Shown piece by piece: positions 29,253-36,914 of a stretch of DNA of 39,217 bases. The notes below the pieces were generated by a model. It was given only the letters and a program-made list of their open reading frames with translations, did not search any database and was not told where the DNA came from. The stretch's first letter is position 1; each line of letters begins with the position of its first letter. The stretch is from Nitrosarchaeum sp. Its GTDB lineage: Archaea > Thermoproteota > Nitrososphaeria > Nitrososphaerales > Nitrosopumilaceae. The translations under genes were made by a program, and so were the position numbers. Location: contig JANPCQ010000085.1 of NCBI GenBank assembly GCA_031431055.1, forward strand, positions 1 to 39,217, in the 5' to 3' direction.

Positions 29253-30437
29253 ATCGTCTTTGAAGGTTTTTTTGATCATCTCAGATGAGATTGTAAGTTT
29301 GTATTTTTTGGTCCTTCCATGTATTCCTTGATGAATTAGTCTTCCGGTAATAATTCCAGATAATTCGATTTCACTAAGCATTTGAGTAACTCGCCTTTGT
29401 GTCAATTCATCTCGTCCTACTACTTTGCATAATCCTTTGTAAGATGAATAAATCTCTCCTGTAGATGAACCTCCTGCCTTCATTATTGCAAGAATAACAA
29501 GTTTTTCATGGAGAGGGTATGATTTTAGAGATGTCTCCTCTTTATTTTCTTCAATTTTTAGAGATGCTTCTCTTACATGATCTTCTGTAACTTTATCTGA
29601 TTGTTGTCTTTCGGCAATTTCTCCTGCAACACGAATTAGGTCAATTGCTCTTCTGGCATCCCCATGTTCACCACCAGCCAAGGCTGCGCAAAGGTTCAAT
29701 GCTGAGTCTGCCACTGAGTTTGGAATAAATGCCTCTTTGATTCGTTCCTCTAATATTTTTTTTATTTGTTCTACATTATAATTTGTAAAAACTACCTCTT
29801 CTTCGCCTAGGCTACTAATTACTCTAGGATCAAGTTTTTCTTTGAATGTAAGATCGTTTGAAATTCCTACCAAAGTCAATGAGCCTTGTTTTAAACGCTC
29901 ATTTGCTCTGGTTAGTTGGTACAAGATGTCTTTACCTGTTTTTGATACTAGTTGTGCAAGATAGTCAATTTCATCAATAACAAAGATTGCATTAATTTTA
30001 GATTCATCTATACTGGTTAGTATTCGTTTGAAGACTTCGCTAATTGCTAGACCTGTACTTGGTAATTTATCATCCTTTATCCCTAATTGCCGCCCAAAGC
30101 TTACCAATAACCCATAGAGAGTTGTTTCTTCTTTAGAATTTGAATAAACTAGTTTAATTGGAAATTTTGATTTTTCTACCCTATCTTGAATTTTATTAAG
30201 TACTTTTTTAACTACAAGGGTTTTTCCAGTTCCTGGTTTGCCGTATACTAATAAATTTGAAGGTCTTGAATGTTTAAGGATAGGTAGTAATGATTGTGTT
30301 ACCTGTTCCTGCTCAGAAGTTCTATGTTGAATGGTATTGGGAATATATGTAAAATGAAGGATATCCCTGTTTTTAATTATTGACTTACCAGACTCAGCTG
30401 CATCAAGTAATCTATCAATTGGATCAGACATACTCAC
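29229..30437 (-). CDS. cdc6: Orc1/Cdc6 replication initiator
   Basis: GKPGTGKT, IDEID, GDARRA, C-terminal winged helix; 24-bp convergent overlap with DP1. Confidence 0.97.
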   Translation of the reverse strand: MSMSDPIDRLLDAAESGKSIIKNRDILHFTYIPNTIQHRTSEQEQVTQSLLPILKHSRPSNLLVYGKPGTGKTLVVKKVLNKIQDRVEKSKFPIKLVYSNSKEETTLYGLLVSFGRQLGIKDDKLPSTGLAISEVFKRILTSIDESKINAIFVIDEIDYLAQLVSKTGKDILYQLTRANERLKQGSLTLVGISNDLTFKEKLDPRVISSLGEEEVVFTNYNVEQIKKILEERIKEAFIPNSVADSALNLCAALAGGEHGDARRAIDLIRVAGEIAERQQSDKVTEDHVREASLKIEENKEETSLKSYPLHEKLVILAIMKAGGSSTGEIYSSYKGLCKVVGRDELTQRRVTQMLSEIELSGIITGRLIHQGIHGRTKKYKLTISSEMIKKTFKDDLTLQDII

Positions 30438-30605
30438 ACACCTATGTTTCTACTCAATAGTAACATAATGATAATTGAATTTAGAGAGTAAAGAAGAGAA
30501 TAGTTATTCTAGTTTAGTTTGTAATTAATTATTTTTAGTTAGATTTTAGATTTTCAATAAAAAAAAATTAAAGAAAAAGATAGAGTGGAAAGAAAGGTGT
30601 GTGGG
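30433..30605. repeat. Inverted pair of ORB-like boxes (30433-30455 minus, 30583-30605 plus)
   Basis: GAGTAGAAACATAGGTGTGTGAG vs GAGTGGAAAGAAAGGTGTGTGGG, 19/23 identical. Confidence 0.65.
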
Positions 30606-30626
30606 TTTAATCTAAACCAAATCTAA

Positions 30627-30901
30627 TGTTAACAAATTGTTAATTTCCTGTTAAGAAAAATTCCGAAAAGGTCATTTTTACCCCTTTATTTCCATTCCAG
30701 GCGTTAAGATTGATGTTAACAATGTGAATATCCCAAAATAGACCCCTTTATTTCCATTCCAGGCATGAGTTGGGGGGATGAGAATATGGTATAATTATTA
30801 ACGTTGTTAATAACAAAAAATACACTAGGCATGGCCTAGGCAGTCAATGTTAACAAACCTCCTAGTTAACAAATATTCTGGGATCAATTGAACTGTTAAC
30901 A
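30627..30901. repeat. Array of (T)GTTAACA palindromic motifs
   Basis: GTTAAC at 30628, 30715, 30849, 30865, 30895 plus several one-mismatch copies. Confidence 0.75.
30680..30764 (-). repeat. Two identical 23-bp ORB boxes (30680-30702, 30742-30764)
   Basis: ACCCCTTTATTTCCATTCCAGGC twice; reverse complement GCCTGGAATGGAAATAAAGGGGT resembles the archaeal ORB with G-string. Confidence 0.88.
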
Positions 30902-30924
30902 CTAGATCCTCATAGATCTTAAAG

Positions 30925-31311
30925 ATGGCTAAGAAACGTATTCGAATTGATATGGAAGATGCAGATGGAGCACGATATGACATCAAATTAGAAGGTAATG
31001 TCACTCGAGAAAAGGTTCTAAAAATATTTGAAATGATGGATTTAATGAATATAGAAGAAGAACAAGAGACCACTAATATGGATTCAATAGGCTCAAAAAT
31101 ATGGCATATTGTAGATAAATTCTTCCCAATGGGAAAATTCACATCGACAAACATACTTGAAAAATATGAAGACGAATATAACGAGCCTGTTAAACTCAGC
31201 ATAATCTCTACATATCTGTCCAGATTCTCTACTAAAGGTAAGATGGATAGAATTAGAACTGGTCGTGAATGGACATATCAGGCCATAAAACTTAGTCAAA
31301 AACAACAATAA
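30925..31311 (+). CDS. Origin-adjacent protein with probable C-terminal winged helix
   Basis: FTSTNILEKY..LSIISTYLSR...GKMDRIRTGREWTY fits helix-turn-helix plus wing. Confidence 0.8.
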   Translation: MAKKRIRIDMEDADGARYDIKLEGNVTREKVLKIFEMMDLMNIEEEQETTNMDSIGSKIWHIVDKFFPMGKFTSTNILEKYEDEYNEPVKLSIISTYLSRFSTKGKMDRIRTGREWTYQAIKLSQKQQ

Positions 31312-31312
31312 A

Positions 31313-31474
31313 CTAAGAAATTGTAATTTTTCGTACTATAAGACGATCCTTACCTAAGATTACTTTGACATATTCCCCCTTCTGAATATCCATGTATTTT
31401 CGAAATTGTTTTGGTATAGAAATGGTTCCTGCAGACGTGATTTTTACTAATAACTCATTTTCTTGTACTGACAT
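31313..31474 (-). CDS. AbrB/MazE/SpoVT-family DNA-binding protein, 53 aa (not in ORF track)
   Basis: MSVQENELLVKITSAGTISIPKQFRKYMDIQKGEYVKVILGKDRLIVRKITIS; classic KIT..G.I.IP..R...I..GE pattern. Confidence 0.9.
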   Translation of the reverse strand: MSVQENELLVKITSAGTISIPKQFRKYMDIQKGEYVKVILGKDRLIVRKITIS

Positions 31475-31608
31475 AATACTATTATAATTTAATAATATAT
31501 ATAATTTAATATTTTTATTTTTTAATAAACTATAATGAAAATTTCCTCTTCTGACCTGTTTTTTGATAAAATAGATTAAAACTAATCTGTGAAACTAACA
31601 GAAATTGA

Positions 31609-32217
31609 TTATACAATTATAGAATTGACTTGTATCATTTCTATCTTTTCTTTTCCTTTTTTTGTAATTGAATAAGTATATGGTTTTGTATTGGTGTTTC
31701 TTTGAACATAACCATCTTCAAATAATTTCTTCATTAATCTTGAAGTATGCTCTCTACTTCGCTTCAATGTGATTTGTATGTCACGTGATGTCATAGCTTT
31801 GTTTGTGATTAGATGCAACACATAGTCTGTTGCATTATTATGATCTAAATTAGGCATACGAATAGAAACAGACTCCTCTTTATTCATAATTTCTGTCTTT
31901 ATTAGAGGCTCAACAGGTTTTTCTACAACTTGATGATTTTTAGATAATTTCTCTAGGAATTGCTTTAATTCTAGATTAGGATCTTCAGTTTTTTGTTCAA
32001 AACCTTGTATTTCTATTACATCTAGGCGTATTTTCATATCAATTAATTGTCTTTCATAATATTCTAAACGCTCCAACTGTGATGAATCTATTACCTCACT
32101 CTTAGTTTTGATGAAGGGACGTATTTTGTAGTAACTATACAAGCCTACCAAACCTATAACAAATGAAACTATTACACCTAGAATTACTTCTGGATCAGGA
32201 ATTTCTATTAACATCAC
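31609..32217 (-). CDS. Membrane-anchored coiled-coil protein with C-terminal MarR-like winged HTH
   Basis: N-terminal TM helix, coiled coil LEYYERQLIDMKIRLD, wHTH MTSRDIQ..SREHTSRLMKKLFEDGYV.R..Y.IT.KG. Confidence 0.85.
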   Translation of the reverse strand: MMLIEIPDPEVILGVIVSFVIGLVGLYSYYKIRPFIKTKSEVIDSSQLERLEYYERQLIDMKIRLDVIEIQGFEQKTEDPNLELKQFLEKLSKNHQVVEKPVEPLIKTEIMNKEESVSIRMPNLDHNNATDYVLHLITNKAMTSRDIQITLKRSREHTSRLMKKLFEDGYVQRNTNTKPYTYSITKKGKEKIEMIQVNSIIV

Positions 32218-32461
32218 AAAAATTATTCATATGTTGTGATTTATCGTGATTGAATAATATTATTTTACACTTTAGATTAACAAAAACACACTGTACATCA
32301 CAAAAAATTCAATCATATAATACAACTCTAAATGATAATATCACACATTACATGCCTGACGTATCAATCTATTAATCACATTGATGACTTCATCTTCTCT
32401 CTCAGGGAATATATCACTCTCATTTATCACATGTATCTGCTCAGAGAGTTTTGATATCACA
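32211..32461. repeat. Array of ATCACA/TGTGAT motifs
   Basis: Exact copies at 32213, 32235, 32297, 32340, 32375, 32426, 32456; ACATCACAAAAA repeated at 32211 and 32295. Confidence 0.7.
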
Positions 32462-32703
32462 TCAATATCATCAGGTAAAAGTATGCCTAAACCACGTAAA
32501 AGTATGATTGAATAAAATAATGCTATTAATTTGTCTCTAGACTGACCAACTTGTCTGTAATACGCGCCTTTAGTAATAGTAAATTTAGAGTTTAGAAGAT
32601 CTTTCTGATTTAAAATAATTTCAATTTGTCGTTCAGTAAATAATGATTTTTTGATAATTTGACGAATAATATTATTAAAATTAGATTTTTTAAACTCTGC
32701 CAT
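32341..32703 (-). CDS. Hypothetical protein with Tfx-like HTH
   Basis: SLFTERQIEI and TKGAYYR...Q.R.KI-type segments resemble archaeal Tfx DNA-binding proteins; the family call is tentative. Confidence 0.7.
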   Translation of the reverse strand: MAEFKKSNFNNIIRQIIKKSLFTERQIEIILNQKDLLNSKFTITKGAYYRQVGQSRDKLIALFYSIILLRGLGILLPDDIDVISKLSEQIHVINESDIFPEREDEVINVINRLIRQACNV

Positions 32704-32706
32704 AGC

Positions 32707-32722
32707 TATACAGATCTGTATA
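32707..32722. promoter_or_regulatory. Perfect 16-bp palindrome in a divergent promoter
   Basis: TATACAGATCTGTATA. Confidence 0.6.
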
Positions 32723-32767
32723 CCTTACTACAATTAAACTTTAAAGAGTCATTTACAAACCCCTGTT

Positions 32768-33520
32768 ATGACTGGAAATAAAGTTGAATTATTCCTAAAA
32801 TCTGAACTAAAAAAGAAAAATGCATTACTGTTTGTACTAATTGATTCCGAAGTCTCAAAGTTAGAATCTTCACGAAAACTTGCTCAAGATGTTGAAAAGA
32901 TAGGGGCATCTGCTATACTGGTAGGCGGTTCATCCGCAACGGATCAAATTGAAATGGCTCAGGTAGTCAAAGGTATCAAAAAAGGCATCAAAATACCGAT
33001 TATTCTCTTTCCTGGAAACGTCACTGGAGTTGTGCCTGATGCAGATGCGATTCTTTTTAGTTCACTAATGAATTCAGAAAATCCATATTTTATTACTCAG
33101 GCACAAGCACTAGGAGCACCAAGTGTTCTCAAATTTGGATTAGAACCATTACCAACAGCATACTTGGTTATTGGAGACGGAACTTCAGCATGGTTTGTAG
33201 GTTCTGCAAGGGGAATTCCATTTGAAAAACCAAAAATCGCTGCAGCATATGCACTTGCAGCACAATTTCTTGGAATGAGATTTGTCTACTTGGAAGCAGG
33301 TTCAGGAGCAAAATCTAGTGTTACACCAGAGATGGTTAAAACAGTAAGAAAAGCCTTTAATGGATTCTTGATAGTGGGTGGTGGAATCAGAGATATCAAA
33401 ACTGCAACCAATCTAGTCAAAGCGGGAGCTGATGCCCTAGTTATTGGAACCTTTCTAGAGAAAGGTGGAAGTGTTAAGAAACTAGCAGAAATAGCAAAAG
33501 CAATTCAAAGAAGCAAGTAA
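32768..33520 (+). CDS. Geranylgeranylglyceryl phosphate synthase
   Basis: ILVGGS, IILFPG, YLEAGSGA, IVGGGIR, GAD..VIG. Confidence 0.95.
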   Translation: MTGNKVELFLKSELKKKNALLFVLIDSEVSKLESSRKLAQDVEKIGASAILVGGSSATDQIEMAQVVKGIKKGIKIPIILFPGNVTGVVPDADAILFSSLMNSENPYFITQAQALGAPSVLKFGLEPLPTAYLVIGDGTSAWFVGSARGIPFEKPKIAAAYALAAQFLGMRFVYLEAGSGAKSSVTPEMVKTVRKAFNGFLIVGGGIRDIKTATNLVKAGADALVIGTFLEKGGSVKKLAEIAKAIQRSK

Positions 33521-33532
33521 TAGAGTTGTATT

Positions 33533-36500
33533 ATGTCTGAAAATGACGCTATTTCTCGTATTAGTGGTATTAAGATGCCAGATTATTACCTTGATTATTA
33601 TTCTAATCTTTCAAAGGACACCTATACTATTTTTGAGCATGCAGCTTTGGCAAAATCCAGCCTAGTGGATTCTTCAGGAATAGTTGAACCTAAAATTGCA
33701 TTTGATTTAGCAGATCGAGTTGCCAAAATGCATGATATTGATATTGCTGAACCTTTACGAGAATTATTAAAAATCAATGGAAAAGAACTAACTGCATTAA
33801 TTATATCAAAAGAAATTGCATTAGGAAAGTATTCAGTTACTGATGCCACTTTAGAACAAAAATTAGATTTAGCAGTTAGAGTAGGACTAGCTATAGTTAC
33901 AGAGGGAGTAACAATTGCTCCATTACAAGGAATTAGTGAAGTTAAGATAAAGAAAAACAAAGACAGTAGTGAATATCTTTCTGTATCTATTGCTGGACCA
34001 ATGCGTTCAGCAGGAGGAACAGAATCAGCAGTAACAATACTAATTGCTGATCATGTGCGAAAAGCAGTTGGCTTGTCAAAATATCAGGCAAATTGTTTTG
34101 ATGATGAAACTGGTAGATTCGTTGAAGAGCTTCGAATTTATGAAAGAGAAGCAAGTAGTTTCCAATTTCATATTCTAGATGAAGATATTGAACATGTTAT
34201 ATCAAATCTACCTGTAGAATTAGATGGTGTAGATACAGATCCTTTTGAAGTTGTAAATCACAAAGGAATGATTCGTATTAAAACGGACAGAGTTAGAGGA
34301 GGTGCATTAAGAGTTCTAAATGACGGATTAATTGGAAGATCTAAAAAACTACTCAAAAGAATTGAACTGTACAAATTAGATGGTTGGGAATGGCTTGGTG
34401 ATCTAAAAGGAGCTGTTCAAACAGGAGATAATCAAGAAGATGCAGCAGCCAAGAGAATGCGTGAAGTCATTACAGGACGATCTGTTCTATCCATGCCTAA
34501 CAAACTTGGGGGATTTCGGTTAAGATATGGTAGAGCTTGTAATACAGGATTTGCAGCTGTAGGAATTAATCCTGTGATTGCTGAAATTTTGGATCATACC
34601 ATTGTTGTAGGTACTCAAATTAAAATTGACATCCCAGGCAAAGGTGCAACTATAGCTTTTGTAGATTCTATTGATACGCCAATTGTTCGACTAAAAAATG
34701 GTGATGTTGTAAAAATAAAAGATGTAAAACATGGAATTGAAATTAAAGGTGAAATTGAAAAAATTCTTCATTTAGGTGATATCCTGATCTCATTTGGAGA
34801 TTTCTTAGAAAATAATGCTCAACTTGTACCTACTGGGTATGTAGAAGAATTTTGGATTGAAGAATTAAAAGAAAAATTAGCAAAATATGCTCCAAATGAT
34901 GAATTTCTAATCCAATTTCTAACCAAAATTCCTACCTTAGATGAAGCATTGAAACTATCATTAGATTTTCAAATACCATTACATCCACAATATCTGTATT
35001 ATTGGGATCAAATATCACCTACAGAACTCTCAAAAATTCTGCATCCAAACAAAATCAATGAAAACTCTATAGAATATTCTATAAAAGAAAAAAACATTCT
35101 TGAAAAACTTGGTGTGCCACACAAGATGAATGGCATCCAAATAATTCTTGAAAAAGAAGAAGCAAGAATTTTCTATAATCTGTTATTTAGACAAGAACCG
35201 CAAATTAATGATTTATCCACACCAAAAATTCTTTCAAAATCATCCGGAATTCAAATTAAAAACAAATTCTCAACCTCAATTGGAGTTAGAATAGGCAGAC
35301 CTGAAAAAGCAGCTCCTAGACAAATGAAACCGCCAACACATGTCTTATTTCCAATTAATGACAAGGGAGGCCCAACTAGAGATCTCTTAAAGGCATCAAG
35401 ACAAGATAATTTTTTCACCAATATTTTTAATAGATATTGCAATGAATGTAATGAGCCATCAATTGGAATAAAATGCTCAAACTGTGGCACTAAGACATCA
35501 ATAATTTATCGTTGTGGTAATTGTCGTGATAAACTTGATAATCCATACTGTGAAAAATGTAAACGAAAAGCCTCATCACACTCCCATCAAGCGTTTCCAT
35601 TAAAAGCAAAATTATTGATAGCACAAGAAAAACTAGGTTTACGCGCACAAGAACCACTCAAAGGAGTCAAGGAGTTAATCAATCAAGATAGAATTGCAGA
35701 ACCGCTGGAAAAAGGCCTAATTCGTCAAAATTTTGGTCTTACAGTATTCAAAGATGGAACTGTACGTTTTGATGCAACAAACTCTCCTCTTACTCAATTC
35801 AAACCATCATGGATTGGAACATCTCTTGAAAAACTAAACAGTCTTGGCTATACTCATGATATTGATGGAAAACCACTAACAGATCCAGATCAGATAGTTG
35901 AACTTCGAATGCAAGATATTATTATTCCAAACGAGAGTGGAAGATATCTTGTATCTACCTGCAAATACATCGATACTCTTTTAGAGAAATTTTATGAAAA
36001 ATCAAATTTCTATAATGTTAAAAATACAGACGAATTAGTTGGTCATCTAATAATTGGATTAGCACCTCACACATCTGTAGGTATTGTTGGAAGAATAATT
36101 GGCTATACTGAAACACATGTTTGTTTTGCTACTCCGAATTGGCATTCTGCTAAAAGAAGAGATGCAGATGGAGATGCTGACTCCATTATGCTCTTGATGG
36201 ATAGTCTTCTAAATTTTTCAAGACAATTTCTTTCTGACAGAATTGGTGGATTAATGGATGCACCATTATTGATTCAACCACTTGTATTACCACATGAATC
36301 ACAACCACAAGCACACAATCTAGAAGTCGTTAAATTTCTACCACTTGAATTCTTTAAATCAACAATTCAACAAAACAAAGCCTCAGACGTTACCTGTGTA
36401 GATATTATAAAATCACGTCTTGAAACAGAAAGACAATTTTTTGGATATTACTTTACACACCCTACAACTTCTCTTACTACATCAAAATCACGTAGTGCAT

Positions 36501-36910
36501 ATTCTACACTTGGTTCCATGCTTGATAAATTCGATATGCAAATTAGAAATGCTGAACTAATTGATGCAGTAAATACATCAGAAATTGTTTCAAATGTAAT
36601 CTCTACACATCTAGTTCCTGATATTATGGGAAATCTTCGTGCTTATGCTAGACAAAACTTCAGATGTACTGGTTGTGGAAAATCATATCGCAGAATGCCG
36701 TTGATTCAAACTTGTATCTGTGGTCATAACTTAATTCCAACTATAACCAGAGGTTCTGTCGAAAAATATCTTAAACTTGCAAAGAGATTAGTTGAAAAAT
36801 ATGATGTTGGCGTATACCAAAGAGGACGAATTCATGCGCTATCTGATGAAATCGACTTAGTTTTTGGAAAGAATAAAGGCGATCAATCGCTATTAACTGA
36901 TTATACTTAG
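33533..36910 (+). CDS. polD2: DNA polymerase D large subunit DP2
   Basis: AGPMRSAGGT, GGFRLRYGR, RRDADGDAD catalytic motif, zinc fingers, C-terminal PIP-like QSLLTDY. Confidence 0.97.
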   Translation: MSENDAISRISGIKMPDYYLDYYSNLSKDTYTIFEHAALAKSSLVDSSGIVEPKIAFDLADRVAKMHDIDIAEPLRELLKINGKELTALIISKEIALGKYSVTDATLEQKLDLAVRVGLAIVTEGVTIAPLQGISEVKIKKNKDSSEYLSVSIAGPMRSAGGTESAVTILIADHVRKAVGLSKYQANCFDDETGRFVEELRIYEREASSFQFHILDEDIEHVISNLPVELDGVDTDPFEVVNHKGMIRIKTDRVRGGALRVLNDGLIGRSKKLLKRIELYKLDGWEWLGDLKGAVQTGDNQEDAAAKRMREVITGRSVLSMPNKLGGFRLRYGRACNTGFAAVGINPVIAEILDHTIVVGTQIKIDIPGKGATIAFVDSIDTPIVRLKNGDVVKIKDVKHGIEIKGEIEKILHLGDILISFGDFLENNAQLVPTGYVEEFWIEELKEKLAKYAPNDEFLIQFLTKIPTLDEALKLSLDFQIPLHPQYLYYWDQISPTELSKILHPNKINENSIEYSIKEKNILEKLGVPHKMNGIQIILEKEEARIFYNLLFRQEPQINDLSTPKILSKSSGIQIKNKFSTSIGVRIGRPEKAAPRQMKPPTHVLFPINDKGGPTRDLLKASRQDNFFTNIFNRYCNECNEPSIGIKCSNCGTKTSIIYRCGNCRDKLDNPYCEKCKRKASSHSHQAFPLKAKLLIAQEKLGLRAQEPLKGVKELINQDRIAEPLEKGLIRQNFGLTVFKDGTVRFDATNSPLTQFKPSWIGTSLEKLNSLGYTHDIDGKPLTDPDQIVELRMQDIIIPNESGRYLVSTCKYIDTLLEKFYEKSNFYNVKNTDELVGHLIIGLAPHTSVGIVGRIIGYTETHVCFATPNWHSAKRRDADGDADSIMLLMDSLLNFSRQFLSDRIGGLMDAPLLIQPLVLPHESQPQAHNLEVVKFLPLEFFKSTIQQNKASDVTCVDIIKSRLETERQFFGYYFTHPTTSLTTSKSRSAYSTLGSMLDKFDMQIRNAELIDAVNTSEIVSNVISTHLVPDIMGNLRAYARQNFRCTGCGKSYRRMPLIQTCICGHNLIPTITRGSVEKYLKLAKRLVEKYDVGVYQRGRIHALSDEIDLVFGKNKGDQSLLTDYT

Positions 36911-36914
36911 AATC

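Larger units (their letters stand above)
30433..30901. other. Probable chromosomal replication origin (oriC)
   Basis: Intergenic region upstream of cdc6 with AT-rich tracts and four ORB-like boxes (TRGAAA-N-AWAGG plus G-string). Confidence 0.85.

Noticed and set aside
30680-30764. Two 23-bp direct repeats with a 39-bp spacer as a mini CRISPR array
   Set aside because: Only two copies, no cas genes, and the sequence matches ORB boxes beside cdc6
30825-31308. Minus-strand ORFs 30825-31202 and 31093-31308
   Set aside because: Antisense shadows of the 128-aa gene, with unnatural composition
31483-31511. TATAATTTAATA direct repeat upstream of the AbrB gene
   Set aside because: Pure A/T sequence in an extremely AT-rich spacer; cannot be distinguished from chance
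32213-32461. CRP/FNR-type sites (TGTGA-N6-TCACA)
   Set aside because: Half-sites are present but never at the 6-bp spacing, and no CRP-family gene is in the window
33533-36910. Intein in DP2
   Set aside because: Length of 1125 aa and continuous motifs leave no room; no intein splice motifs seen
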